Translations under genes and position numbers: made by a program
Shown here: positions 27,912-42,025 of the stretch, one piece after another
How positions within the stretch are numbered: the stretch's first letter is position 1
How the letters are laid out: each line of letters starts with the position of its first letter
Assembly (NCBI RefSeq): GCF_009914755.1
Contig: NC_060938.1
Reading direction: 5' to 3' (one strand)
Source of the DNA: the human T2T-CHM13v2.0 reference genome, Homo sapiens
Length of the DNA stretch: 64,000 nt
Notes under the pieces: model-generated
Told to the model about the DNA's origin: nothing
Databases searched by the model: none
What the model saw: only the letters and a program-made list of their open reading frames with translations

Positions 27912-28369
27912 TGAAGGAGAGACAAAATCCTACCCTCATCCTTTTAGGGTCCCAGCTGGGTTGGGGAATTAAATTGACATAAGATAGATTAACAGGAGAA
28001 AAACATACAAATGTATTTAATACAAGTGTTAGGCAGGTTGAGAGCCCTGGTAAAGAAACAAAGAACAAAAGAAGCAGTTAGAATCAGTTACATAAATATG
28101 AGTTGGACAAAGAATATAAGTTTGAAGAAACAGCTAAATCATGTAGGGAGTCTTAAAAGAGTTATTTTAACAAGGTCTGTGCAGAAGTCTCTTGGTCTCA
28201 ATTTCTCATCCTTGAGGATAAAGATGTTGCATCTTTCACACGGGACTTTCACCTTTTGCTTTTAAGAAACAGCACAAATGTCAGAGTAATCTTTTTGCAC
28301 CTGCTGTTTTCCAAGTGCCTTTAACTTAAATAGTCAATATGCTAGAGGGTTATATTTTTAATTCCTTCA
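27912..28369 (-). mobile_element. ERV1 solo LTR (MER34-group)
   Basis: TGAAGGA...TCCTTCA ends, perfect TSD AAGT. Confidence 0.75.
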
Positions 28370-30282
28370 AAGTCTTTGTGTGCACATACATTTTCATTTC
28401 TCTTGGGAAACTACCTGTGAATAAGATTGACAGGCAGTATGGTAGATATTATAACTTTATAAGGAACTGTATTTCAAATTATTGCACCACTTTGCATTTT
28501 TAGCAGCCATCTATGAGAGTGGAAGTTGCTCCTCACCCCCAACCAACACTTGATATTGAATGTGCCCAGTTTTAAAACGATACTTTCAACTTGTTTTTCC
28601 CTAAGGACAAATAATTTTGAGTGCTTTTTTATGTATTTATCAGTCATCTTTGTATTTTCTTTGGTGAAATGTCTGCTCAACTTTTGTAACCACAATTCTT
28701 AAAATCAGGTTTTTTTTCTTATTATTATTGAGTTGTGGAAGTTCTTTATATATTCTGAATACTAGCTCTTTGTCAGATATCTGTTTTGCAAATATTTTCT
28801 CCCAGTCTTTTTAATTCTTTAACACTGTCTTATAAAAGGCAAAAGTTTTAAATTTTTATGAAGTTCCACTTATTATATTTTTCTTTTTATGTTAATTTTG
28901 TGTGTTCTAAGAAATATTCACCTAACTCAAGGTCACAAATATTTTTTCCAGTGTTTTCAGCTAGAAGCTTTACAATTTTAGCTGCTCTTATATTGATATG
29001 TCTAATTCATTCGAAATTCATTGTTTATATAGTATTAGATAAGGGTTGAGCTTCATTGTTTTCAATCTGGATGTCCAATTGTTCAAGTACCATTTGTTGA
29101 GAAGACTATTATTTCCCTTTTGAATTACTTTGGCAGCTTTGTTGAAATTCAATTGACCATATATGTGAGGGTCTATTTTTCTACTTTGGATTATTTTCCA
29201 CTGATCTATTATGTCTGTGTTTACACCAATAGCACAATGACTTGATTACTGTAGCTTTACAGGAAGCTTCAACTTAGGTACTACAATTCCTTATAAAATG
29301 TTCTCTAAATATTTTGTATTTCCATATAAATTTTAGAATCAGCTTGTCAATTTAAAAAATTCTACTGAGATTTTTATTGGAATTTTATTCAATCTATAGT
29401 TGAATTTAAGAATACTAAGTGATACTCTTCCAATCCTTAACGTGTTTCATCTCTCCATTTATTTTGGTTTCTTTAACTTAATTCAACAGTGTTCCATAGG
29501 TTTTAGTGTACAGATCTTGCAAATATTGTGTTAAATTTGTCCTTAAATATTTCATATTTTTTATCTTCTGGTAAATGGTATTGTTTATTTAAATTTCAAT
29601 TTTTTAACTGTCCATTGCTGGTATGGGAAATACATTTGATTTTTGTATACCGATTTTGTATCCTATGGTCTGGCTAAACTCACTTTGTTAAAGAATTATT
29701 AAATTTCTAAAAATTATATTACTCTTAGACTTTTCTACGTAGACAATCAAGTTTCTATTAATAGTGACAATTTTACTTTTTTTGTTCCAATGTGGATGGC
29801 TTTTATGTCCTTTTTGCTCCCTGTTTGCAGAAGCTAGGATCTCTGGCATATTAAATACAAATGGTGACCATGGATAGTTGTGCCTTGTTTCTATTCTTTT
29901 GGGGAAAACATTCAATCGCTCACTGTGAATGATGAGGTTAGCTCGAAGTTTTTGTTCAATTCCCTTTAGCAGGGTGACAGAATTTTCCATTCCTAGTTTA
30001 TATAGAGTTCCTAATTTGCATAGAGTTAACTAGGTGTTGAATTTAGTGAATATATTTCTGCATCTATTAAAATATATTTTCCTTTTTAGTCTGCTATTAC
30101 AGTGAATTGCATTGATTGATTTTGGAAAGCTAAACTAAATTTGCTTTACTGGGATAAACTTCTTTAGATTATGATACATTAGGACATTTGTATGTACGTT
30201 GTTGGATTTGATTTGCAAAAACAAATTTCTTAAAGATTTTTGCATCTATATCTTTGAGGGATATTGCTCTATAGTGTCCTTT

Positions 30283-30770
30283 TGATAAAGGACAGGCAAG
30301 CCCCAAGATTGAGGCTTAGCCCAGGAGGTTTCTTGGCTTTACCCACGAAAGAATTCAAGAACAGGCTGGGGGTGTTCATCAGCAGCTTTTATTGATGCCG
30401 TGGAGTACAGCAGCAACAGAGGGACTCCTCCTTGCAGAGCAGGGTTTACTCCATAGGCAGAGTGCCCAGAGCAGCAGCTCAGAGGCAGGTTTGAACTCAT
30501 ATTTATACCCACTTTTAGTTATATGCAAATTAAAGGGCAGTTTTGCAGCAATTTCCAGGATGAGGGTGGTTAATTTCTGGGTTGCAGGGTTATTGCCATG
30601 AAAAGGGGCAATAACTTCTGAGTGTTGCCATGGCAATGGTAAACTCACATTGCACACTGGTGGGCATGTCTTATGGGGAGGTGCTTCCACCCCAGACCAT
30701 TTTATCTAGCCCTCAATTTGGTCTAGTGTCCAAGCTCCACCTCCAGAGTCTAGTCCAGCCTCCTACCTCA
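30283..30770 (-). mobile_element. MER66B solo LTR
   Basis: TG...CCTACCTCA ends, TSD CTTT. Confidence 0.8.
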
Positions 30771-31069
30771 CTTTTGTTTTTGTTTTTGTGTTTTGTTTTT
30801 TTTAAGAAAGGGTCTCCCTCTGTTGCACAAGCTGAAGTGCATGATCTCTTCTCACCACAGCTTCAACCTCTTGATCCTCTCACCTCAGGCTCCTGAGTAG
30901 CTGAGACTACAGGTGCACACCACCATGCCCAGCTAATTTTTGTATTTTTTGTAGAGATGGGGTCTCACTATGTTGCTTAGGCTGGTCTAGAACTCCTGGG
31001 CTCAAGCAATCCTCCTACCTTGGCCTCCCAGAATGCTAGGACTACAGGCATGGGCCACCGTACCTAGCC
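30771..31069 (-). mobile_element. AluJ
   Basis: J-type Alu with (TTTTG)n tail. Confidence 0.85.
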
Positions 31070-34000
31070 TGTTCTTTAGGTGTACTATCTTTGTCTGATT
31101 ATAGTATCGTGATAATGCAAGACTCATAAAATGGGTTGAAAAATAATTCTTCTCATATATCCTGAAATAATCCCATTAGAATTGGTTAAATGTCTTCTTT
31201 AAATATATGGCAGAACTCACCTGTGAAATATTTGGGCTGGGAGTTTGCCTGGCTGGGGGGCATTAAATACAAATTTGATTTATATGATAGACACAAGGAT
31301 TTTCAGGCTATCTTCTTCAGTTAGTTTCATACTTTGTGTCTTTCAGTGACTTTGCCCATTTCACCTAAGTTGCTGATTTATTTGACATAATCTTATTCAT
31401 AATACTTCATTGTGTTCTTCTTATTTTTAGCAGTATTAGGGAGGTCAATTCTTTCATTCCTTTAATGGTAATTTGTGTCTTTCTTGTTTTTATCTTATCA
31501 TCTCTAGAGAGTCATTAGTTTTATTAATCTTTCCCAGTAATCAGATTTTGACTCTGTCATTTTTTTCTATTACCTTTCTGTTTTCTACCTCATTAAATTC
31601 TGTTCTTCTATTTCATTGTTTCCTTCTCTTAGTTGCTCTGGGTTTACTTTGCTCTTTCTTTTCTTTAAGTTTCTTTTATGGACGATTAGCTCATTGATTT
31701 GAGGCATTCCTTTTTCTACTGTATGAATTTAATGCTAACCATTTTCCTCTAAAAAACTGCTTTAGCTGTATGTATCCCATAGATTTTAATACATTGTGAT
31801 TTTATTTTCATTCAGTTTATGATACTTTCTAGTTTCCACTGCAATTTCTTCTTTGAACCATAGTTAGTTACAGTTATGTTGTTTAATTTCTCAGCATTTG
31901 AAATTTTTCTGGAGATTTTACTTTATTGGTTTCTAAATTATCTTTGGTATGTTAAACAACATAATTTGTATCAAAATTTGTATTTAAATCTTCTTAAATA
32001 GATTTAAATTTTATTTTAATAATTTTATTTAATAATTTTAAAATTTTATTTTAATAATAGACACCCTTACCTTCTTATTAGTTTATCAAGAGTTTTTATC
32101 ACAGATATGTATTGAATTTTATCCAGTTGTTTTTTACATCAATTTGTTGATACTCTGGTGTATTTTAATAAACTTTGTGATTTTAAGCAAATTATGCATT
32201 TCTGAGACCAATCTAGCATGTAATGTTTTAATTCACTGTTGAATTTGGTTTCAAAATATTTTATTTATGATTTTTTCTTTTAATAAGATAAATTTGTAAT
32301 TTTTCACCTCTTGATCTGTCCTTTACCAATTTTAAAATCAAGCTAAAATTAGCATCATAAAAAGTTGAGTAGGTTTCTTCCTCTTTCTCTATTCATAAAC
32401 AAATTGTACACACACACAAAAAAAAACTATGGTGTATTTTCTCCCTGATAGTCTGGTAAAGTTCATTTGTAAAAAAACAAGATTTGGTGTCTTTCTAAAA
32501 GAGATACAACTTATGTAATTTATATATCAGTAAGTTTACTTTTTAATGGTAATTGGTGTATCTATATATTTTCTTTCATTTCGTCTGATTATAGTCATAG
32601 TTTTAAATAATTATCTATTTCATCTAAATTGTTATATTTACTGCAATAAAGTTGTTCCTAAAAATCTTTTCCTGTCACAAATATTTTTGTTCCTAATATT
32701 TTTATTTTTGCTTTTTCTCCATTAATTTTACCAGAGGTTTTTCTGTTTCAGTAGTCTTTTAAATAGTTACCTTTGATTTCTTTAACCCTTTAATTTTTTT
32801 TTTTGTAATATTTGCTCTTATGTTTATTATATCTTTGCTTCTACTTTCTTTGGACTTACTCTATTGTCTTCATTAATTTATTGAGTTAAAAGCCTATTTA
32901 ATTTTTAAACTTTAGTATTTCCTAATGTGTGCCTTAAAAGTTACAAATTCCCATCTAAATAACACTTTAATTTTACCTGACTTTTTTATTGGTAATGATA
33001 TTCTTATTTAGTTTTAAATATTTTCTTATTTACATTACGTCTTCTTCTGTGTTCCATGAATTACAAAACATAGCATTCTTCTGTTTTAGTGTCTAAGCAG
33101 ATGATCAAATTGGGAGAGATTATTTCACTAATCTCTGAATTTCTTGCAATAGGTTTAGAGATTGTGGTCTATTGGATATACAAATCAAATAGTATCGAAA
33201 ATATTGGCTGAAACTTTCATTCAGTTTACTACATGGTCAGTGTTTGAAAATAGTACATAGATATTCTTGAAAATGAATATTTTCTGTGTTTTTCAGAATT
33301 TTATATATAGCTTAAGTTTTTCAGCATGTTGTTCACATTTTCTGTATCTTTACTAACAGTTTCAAAAGAGGCTTACTAAAATAATCTTACTCTGATTATG
33401 AATTTGCTAATTTCTCCTTATAACTCTGCAAACTTTTGCTTTATATGTTTTGTAGTTGTGTTGTTAGTTGCATTCAGGTTCATGATTATTGTATACTCAG
33501 ATAAAATATTCTTTTTATTATAAGTAATGACAAACCAAATCCCTAATAATAATTTTTTATTTTGAATTTTTTTGATATTAATTTGAAAATATTACCTATT
33601 TTTAAATTTACTCATTTTTAATTGCCAATAATTGTACATATTTATGGAATACAACATGATTTTTTAATCTATGTATACATTGTACAAAGATTCAATCAAA
33701 GTAATTAACATATCTAGCACCTCACCAACTTTTTTTGGTGAGAATCTTAAAAATCTACTATTATAGTAATTTTGAAAGAGTACCTTACTATTAACAGTGT
33801 TCACCACGAAGTGCCTTACTTATTCTTTTAGTCTAACTGAGATTTGCACCTTTGGATCAACATCTCCTTTTTCCTTTCTCTTTGACCTTACCCCAGACTC
33901 TGGAAACTACCTTTCTACACTCTGTTTCTTAAAGATTGACTTTTTAAAGATTCCCCATATAGGTGAGATAATAAAGTATTTATCTTTCTCTTCCAGGCTT

Positions 34001-34217
34001 ATTTCACTAAGCATAACATCTTCCAGTTCCATCCATGTTATCACAAATGACAAGATTTCCTTCTTTTTCAAGGTTGTATAGTATACCATTGTGTGTATAT
34101 ACATTTTCTTTATCCATTCATCCATTGATGGACACTAGCCAAAGCCATCGACAGATTCAAGGCAATCCTCATCAAAATTTCAATGTCACTTTTTACAGAG
34201 ATAAAAAACAATCTTAA

Positions 34218-34465
34218 GGCTGGGCACGGTGGCTCATGCCTGTAATCCCGGCACTTTGGGAGGCCAAGAGGGATGGATCATGAGGTCAGGAGATCAAGAC
34301 CATCTTGGCTAACACGGTGAAACCCCGTCTCTACTAAAAATACAAAAAAATTAGCCGGGCGTGGTGGCGGGCGTCTGTAGTCCCAGCTACTGGGAGGCTG
34401 GGGCAGGAGAATGGTATGAACCCAGGAGGCAGAGCTTCCATCTAAAAAAAAAAAAAAAAAAAAAA
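34218..34465 (+). mobile_element. AluY with ~55-bp right-arm deletion
   Basis: gagctt|ccatct junction, TSD approximately AAAAA..TCTTAA. Confidence 0.9.
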
Positions 34466-35338
34466 TTCTTAACATTTACACTGTAGGACTCCAAATAGCC
34501 AAAGCAATCTTTAGAAAAGGAACAAAGCTAGAAGCATCACACTCCTTGGTTTCAAAATACATGATAGATCTATTTTAATAAAAGAGTATGATACTGGCAT
34601 AAAAAAACAACACATTGACCAATGAAACAGGATAGAAAACCTTGAAATAAACCCAAGTATTTATGGTCAATTGTCAATTGATTTTTTGATAAAGTTTCCA
34701 AGAATACATGATGGGGTAAAGATAATTTGTAATACATCATATTGAGAAAACTGAATATCCACAGGCAAAAGAATAAAATAGGAACCTAAACTTGCACTAT
34801 CTACAGAAATAAACTCAAAATCAATAAAAATACTTAAATGTAAGACCTAAAACTGTAAAGCTACTAGAAAAAAAAAAAACAAAAAACAGTTTCAGGACAT
34901 TGTTTGGAGCAATGATTTCTTGAACAGGACTCCAAAATCCTAGGAAACAAAAGCAAAAATGGACAAATGGGATTGTATCAAACTAAAAAGCTTCTGGACT
35001 ACAAAGGAAACAATTAGAGTGAAGAGACAACCCATGGGTTGGAAGAAGACATTTGTAAACCATACAAATGTATAATATTGAATATCTAATAATGTCTAAT
35101 AGCTAATATCTAAAATATATAAGGAAGCTCGACTCAATAGCAAGACATAAAATAAACTGATTTTAAAAATGGACAAAAGTTCTGCGTAGACATTTCCCAA
35201 AACAAGAGATACAAATGGCCAATAGATATGTTAAAAAATGCTCAACATCTCTAATTATCAGGGAAATGCAAATTAAAACCACAATTAAACATCATCTCAC
35301 ACCTATTGGAGTGGCTATTATCAAGAAGATAAATAATG

Positions 35339-35641
35339 GGCTGGGCACAGTAGTTCATGCCTATAATCCCAGCATTTGGGAGGCTGAGGTGGGTAGATCA
35401 CTTGAGCTCAAGAGTTCGAGACCAATCAGCCTGGGCAACGTGGCAAAAACCTGTCTCTGCCAAAAAATACAAATATTAGCCAGGCGTGGTGGTGTACGCT
35501 TGTGGTCTCAGCAACTTGGGAGGCTGAGGTGGGAAGATCACTTGAGCCCAGGAGGCAGAGGTTGTAAAGAGCAGTGATTATGCCACTGCATTCCAGCCTG
35601 GGTAATGGAGCAAAACCCTGTCAAAATAAATTTTAAAAAAA
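35339..35641 (+). mobile_element. AluJ
   Basis: Alu consensus match. Confidence 0.85.
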
Positions 35642-36652
35642 GACAAAGAATAATAAGTGTTGGTGAGGATATGGAAGAAAGGAAACCCTTGAATATTGTG
35701 AGTGAGAATTTAAACTGGCACAGCCATTTCAGAAAGTAGTATGGAGTTTCCTCAAAAAAAACTAAAAATAGAATTACCAGTAATCCAGCAATCCCACTTC
35801 TGGATATATATCCAAAAGAATTGAAATCAGTATGTCAAAGTGAAATCTACACTCCCATGCTCATTTCAGCACTATTCACAATAGCCAAGTTATAGAAGCA
35901 ATCTAACTGGAATACTTATCTTTATAAGTACCTATATTTTATTCTATATATAAAATATATTTTTATACCTAAACGGAATACCTACTTGTTACTAGCATTC
36001 GTCTGATGTATCTTTTGCCATTCTTTCACTTTCAGACATTCTATATTACCTTATTTTTAGATGTGTGTCTTACACATAGCACATAGCCAGATTTCGTTTA
36101 GGGGAGACTGTCATTTATTCACCTTCATCATTTCCCAGGTAATAAGTTAAATGTAGTTCTTGAAACACAACAAGCACAAAGTCATGAATGTCTAATACAG
36201 ACATATCAACACCTAAACTCACACATGTAAGTAGAGGGACATTGGACTCTAGAATGCAGATCTCCTATATTTCATTCAGGGGACTTTTCCTTTATGCTAT
36301 CTTTCTTTAGATGTAGAGGAAAAAAAAAAAAACTTCAATGTGGAGAAGATATACTAAAGATAGAGATGCTGCCTAATAAAGTAGAAAGAGCTGCTGTAGG
36401 AAACCGAAAGCTTAAGCCTAGACTTTGTCAGTTACTCCGTGTGAACTTGGTCAAGTCATCACCCTATCTGATCCTTAAGTTTTTATCTTGCTGGACAAAC
36501 CAAAGCATACATGTGATTATCCTTCATGTGACTGTCCTTACGTCCACCTTAAAGGTGAAGAAATTCATATTCAGTGAAGGAAATTGACTTGCCCAGGTGG
36601 AAGATCTCGAATGTATTCCAGACAATACATTTTTTATATCATGTAATCTCTT

Positions 36653-36857
36653 AAACGGAGCCTCACTCTGTTGCCCAGGCTGGAGTGCAGTGGCACAATC
36701 TCAGCTCAGTGCAACTTCTTCCTTCCTGGTTCAAACAATTTTCCTGTCTCAGCTTCCTGAGTAGCTAGGATTATAGGTTCCTGCCACCATGTCTGGCTAA
36801 TTTTTTTTATGTCTCTACTAGAGATGGGGTTTCACCATGTTGGTTCTGAACTCTTGA
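36653..36857 (-). mobile_element. Partial AluS
   Basis: Alu right arm plus part of the left arm. Confidence 0.85.
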
Positions 36858-36867
36858 AAAAGGCCTA

Positions 36868-37336
36868 TTTTATGGCTTGAATTGTGACTCTCCTCTCCCA
36901 CTCCCCCTCGTCCCCCACAAACTTAGTATGTTGAAGTCCTAATCCCAATATTTTCAGAGTGTGACCTTATTTGGAGATACAAGTCATGGTAGATGCAATT
37001 AGTTAAGATAAAGTCATTAGGGTGGGCCCTAATCCAGTATGACTGGTGTCATCATAAAAAGGGGGAATTTGGACAGAGACACACAAATAATGCCACATGA
37101 AGATGAAGGCAGAGACTAGGGTGATGCTTCTGCAAGCCAAGGAATGGCAAAGATTACCAGAAACCCCCAGACAATAGGGCAGAGGGCCTGGAACACAGTC
37201 TTTTGCCATCCTCAGAAGAAATATGTTGATCCCTTAATTCAAACTTCAGACCTCCAGAGCTATGAGAGACTGTATTTCTGTTGTTTAGCCACTTAATGTG
37301 CAGTACTTTGTTACTGTAGCCTGAAAAACTAATTCA
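36868..37336 (+). mobile_element. MLT1C MaLR LTR
   Basis: gggtgggccctaatccagtatgactggtgtc...aactaattca. Confidence 0.8.
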
Positions 37337-37619
37337 GCATCATTCTATTACAACTGGACACCTTCTGGCAGAGTACCCACGCATGTCCTCTGTACATACA
37401 TACATACATGTGCACTGTCTTATATGTGTACCATGGAGAAGTGTTGCTTTGTATATGACATTTTAAAAATCTCATTATCTCCTTGGAAGATCTTCCCAGA
37501 TAGTAGAGACTAAAGGATAAGGGCCCTGGCTTGGGTCAGGAAATTTGAGTTTGAATATTAATTTAGACAAAAAGTCTTTCCTGCTGGCTCTTGGTCTACT
37601 CATTTGCACACTGAGAGGG

Positions 37620-38070
37620 TTACAACTCTAATCAGGTCTTAGTTGACTGAACTTTACATTTTCAAAATATTTTGCCAACCAATCTGTTCTTAGGCTGACA
37701 TAATTAATTTGATTGCCCAATGTTTATTAATCAAAGACATATAAAACAAGATATGCACAAAAATCACTTCCCCCAGATTCCTATGATGTCACCAGCAGCC
37801 AATCATAGCTGAAAAGGACATTCTTGTGGATTAGTTCTAAAGCTTATGCACAGCTGGGCCAGATGATCGAGGGGTCCAGCAGGGTGGACTCATGTGGCTA
37901 GGGGCCAACATCTGCCCAGAAACACCCCCTGTGGCCTCTTGAGTGGAGCCTGGTGGTAGAGAGGCTTTGTCATCTAGCCCAAGTGTCAAGCATTCCCTGG
38001 AAAGTGGTGAGTGAGAATGGGATTCTCTCTCCTAGCTGTTCCATCCTGGATGTGCATTCTCACAGAGGGC
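37620..38070 (-). pseudogene. FERM module 6, F2-end plus F3 exon
   Basis: tttcccctttacaAG acceptor. Reads LSRECLTLG ... LELIHKNVLFSYDWLLVTS*ESGGSDFCAYL, comparable to myosin-VII [21 protein letters not shown]. Confidence 0.65.
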
Positions 38071-38075
38071 CTTGT

Positions 38076-39530
38076 AAAGGGGAAACTGACGGGATCGGGG
38101 CAGATCCAGGAAGACCAACAATTGGGTGGGCCACATGCTTGCATGAAAGGCAAGGCCCCACTATGGCTACTGGGGAGGAGAAGAAAGGGAGGGTGGGGCA
38201 GGATGAGGGGCTGAGTTGGTGAAAACCTTCAGCATAGGTCCCACTGGCCTTTCCATCATCTTTGCACAAGCAATGCAGCTGGGTACCAAGCCCCCTTAAC
38301 AACCAGTCACTAACATTTTGTCCTTGAGTAAGTCGCCTAAACTTATCTGGACATCAGTATTTCTCTGGGTCAAATGGAGATGATAAGTTCCCATCTTCCA
38401 CTCTGCCCGATTAGGGTATCTATGATAATTGAGTTAGGATAATAGGTATGAGAAGTGTATTTAGTGTTCTGTAATTCAGCAGACATGCTCTGAGCATTCC
38501 TCCTTGTTGTTCATTTATTCTATCAGTAAAGACATACTGAGGGCGTAAGATGTGCCAAGAAGCAAATCAGGTGCCAGAAACATTGAGAGGAATGAATTGG
38601 CTGTCTAATGGGGAACAGAAACAATTGCACTGCTTTGCAGCATGTGTTTTGAGCTCTCACCAGCACAGCCTGTAGCAAGAGGGAAGCCTGAGCTCAATCC
38701 CTCAGAGCAGAGAGATTCCAGGGCAGCAGCTTGCAGCCTTGCTGTGAGCAGGAAGGGATGCCCTTCCAGGGGTGGCCAGCTCTCCTTACTCAAGTCTCAG
38801 CCCACGGATGGAAAGCCAGGGCCATGCCTCCCTTGCTGTCCCAACTAGATAGTGAAAACTGTGATCCTTCATCCATGCTCTGTAAAAAACAAAATAAACC
38901 TAAGCCCCACACAGAAGAAAACCCTAAAACTAAACTTCTATCACCATTTTTGTTAATTTTCCCTGGAGCTGTTTGGCCTGCAACCTTTGGGATGTTTTTA
39001 GAAGGATGGAGGGAGGAAAAATGAACACCATTTTCTCAACTAGATTTTTACGAATTCACTTCCCTTTTCCCCTCAATTCTAGAGTCACAGGTTTCCCAGG
39101 CCCCAAAATGACCCTCACTCTCTCCTATTTCCTCTGCCTTACACCTATATATAAAAAGAGACTGGGAAGTGCACATCCTGATTCCCTCCTGGATCAGGAT
39201 GGACAACCGGATTTTTTAATCCACTGTGAACTGGAATTACAGCCGCTCAAAGCCAAGGTGGTGAGTCCTGCTAGTTGAACCCCTGCAGAATGAATCTCCC
39301 ACAAAAGGGGAAACTGACGGGATCAGGGCAGATCCAGGAAGCCCAACAATTGGGTGGGCCACATGCTTGCATGAAATGCAAGGTCCCACCCTGGCTACTG
39401 GGGAGGAGAAGAAAGGCAGGGTGGGGCAGGATCAGGGGCTGTGTTGGTGAAAACCTTCAGCATAGACCTCACTAGCCTTTCCATCATCTTTGCACAAGCA
39501 ATGGAGCTGGGTACCAAGCCCCCTTAACAA
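38076..39530 (+). repeat. 227-bp dispersed direct repeat (38076-38302 / 39304-39530)
   Basis: 14 mismatches by manual count, no indels. Confidence 0.95.
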
Positions 39531-39969
39531 TTGGCATCCTCTCCATGATCTTCACGGGAGCCCTCACGGAATTTAGAAACACAATAATCCCAAAGAGAAA
39601 GAAAGACTATGGGAGTCACTTTCGGATATCACCCTTCAGTGTTTCTGAACCTTCATCGATTGGCATGTGAGTCCGTGGTCTGTCACGTTCTTTTATCCTG
39701 TGATCACATTTTCGCACCAGCAACACAGGCAGGGATCTGGCATCAGCCCCATGGGACTGATGAGCAAAGTGAGGCTGGCAGTGTGCAAGAAAAAACTGGA
39801 AGTAGAGCTGCAGTCCAAGCAGACCAAACTCCGTGTGGGCTGGCCCAGCACTGACCTGACAGCAGAGCTTTGCCTCGGACGCTCAGGTGCTGTTGGAAAT
39901 GCAGGGAACCGCTCTCCCTCCCAGGGGGGCAGGGTGGCTTGGCAGAGACGTGGCCAGTCGCTCTGTTGG
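39143..39969 (-). pseudogene. FERM module 6, F1-F2 exon, interrupted by a 227-bp duplication
   Basis: ttatctctgcAG acceptor. Reads LVCLDCSSTSSFFLHTASLTL ... FLNSVRAPVKIMERMP|MWEIHSAGVQLAGL, which is continuous once 39304-39530 is removed. Confidence 0.5.
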
Positions 39970-40045
39970 CTGCAGAGATAATGATGTTTAGAGCTGGTTA
40001 TCAACCACCTTTGAATGGCAGGCTCCGAATTCCTAATTAACTAAC

Positions 40046-40390
40046 ATCCGTGGTCTGGTAGCTCTTGTAAGAGTCCAGTTGTATCAGATCACGGGCATTC
40101 TACATGGGTCTATCTCTCCCCAAAACCTGTGCTCGGTGACTGATAAATAGAAGTTCCCCATGACAATAATTAATGAATGGAAGGAAAGAAAGGGGCAGGC
40201 TTTGTGAATTGTCCCAAATCCCCAGAGCTCCCAAGAATGAAAGTTGATTTTTCTGCCAAAGGAGGCCTGTGTGGACAATGCGCTTCGAGGAAAGGGCCAG
40301 GATGCTCAGCTGTTCTGAATTTACCCAGGAACGCAGGGGCCTGCAGTCCTGGGCCACCTGGCACCCAGCTGTTCATAGCATCATGGTCCT
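40046..40390 (-). pseudogene. FERM module 5, F3 remnant
   Basis: Reads EQLSILALSSKRIV/KINFHSWEL..NFYLSVTEH/ARDLIQLDSY. Donor GAT|GTTAGT. Confidence 0.5.
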
Positions 40391-40569
40391 AGAATCCTGC
40401 CCTGGAGGGGTGTGGGGAGACCAGCCAACATAACCCTTCATTGTCCACACCTTACTGGGTCCACCCAGCTCCTTAGGGACAGATGCACAGTGGGGACCCA
40501 GGTCATCCTGGATGGTCCTCTCTCTCATCCAGTTCCCCTCCTCCTATGCTCCAGTTACAGCTGACTCTA

Positions 40570-41006
<437 letters not shown>

Positions 41007-42025
41007 TCACTTGCTCAGGGAAGCCTTCTTGGACTTGCTTTCACTCAGTGGTGAGTTCATCCCCTTCCTCTATGCAGCTTACCTGGCTTCACTACCTTCA
41101 TTGCAACACGTTTCCTGCTGCATTGAAGGTTTCCACATCTGCATCTGAGCAGTACGCTAGACCATGAGCTTCTCAAAGGCATGACCAGAGCCATATCTAT
41201 CTTTATCACAGCAGAGCTCAGGGGAAAGCCGAGCAGAAAAGAATGGATGCCCAGATAATATCTACTGAAGAACAAATTAATAAATGGTTTCTTTTATAAA
41301 ATAATACTCTTTAACTCTCTAAGGACCAGGATGCTAGTTTGGTGACAAATAAATTACTTAATTGGACTTGGTTCCTGTTGAAAGGGTAGGAACTGAATTC
41401 AGGCAGTAAGTGAAAACACGTGGAGAAGACACTCCTGATGTACTGAAGGCCGACTGAGGAATGGCAAGGATGGCCCTGGGCTCAGCCAGGCTGGGATGAG
41501 CAGTGGCACACCATCACTGGTGGATATACCTCTCTGAGCACTCAGAAAATCTGGCCAGTGTGGTGACCAGCTGGCTTCTGTCTGTGACCCAGGCCAAGCG
41601 CCAGGAACTCAGGCCTGAGAATGAGGCTGCTATTTAGTACTCAAGCGGGAGCTCCACAACCAAGGGCTGTCTTTGCCATCCATAACAATTTGCTGCTCTG
41701 TCTATTTCCAACAAAGCTCAAAAAGACATGCATCTGGTGGAGAGGACCGAGTTTTGGTTGTACTGGAGAGTCCATCCCTCCGACCAAATGGTCACTGCGT
41801 TTGCTTAGATCCAGAGACATGGGAGCCTAGAATCAAGTACGGGGCATCTTCTAGGTGGTGGCATTTCACAATCACGTGATGAGGGGAGTTACTCAGACCA
41901 TCTGAGCCTCAGTTTCCTTACCCATAGGTAAGGAAATGATGACAGGTCCTAGTCTGCAGGGGACAGGCGGCTCATGCAGATGAATAGTTGTGCTGGCATC
42001 ATCCAGGAACTCAGTAAATACCCAC

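Larger units (their letters stand above)
27430..33590 (-). mobile_element. L1ME/L1M antisense tract with nested LTRs and Alu
   Basis: L1 3'UTR start (ctttattgagatacaattt) followed by ORF2. Confidence 0.8.
33600..35906 (-). mobile_element. L1MA8/9-like element with 5' inversion
   Basis: Antisense 3' end to ~34138, then sense ORF2 to ~35906. Confidence 0.85.

Noticed and set aside
37780-37810. CRE-like plus CCAAT promoter on the plus strand
   Set aside because: These bases lie within the minus-strand F3 remnant, and there is no other promoter evidence.
38076-39530. Direct repeats as LTRs of a small retroelement
   Set aside because: No TG..CA ends, TSD, PBS or PPT, and one copy runs into a MIR.
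41621-41879. Plus-strand peptide resembling FERM F3 (GHCVCLDPETWEP)
   Set aside because: Wrong strand, no inversion breakpoints seen, and the minus strand gives an equally plausible linker exon. Unresolved.
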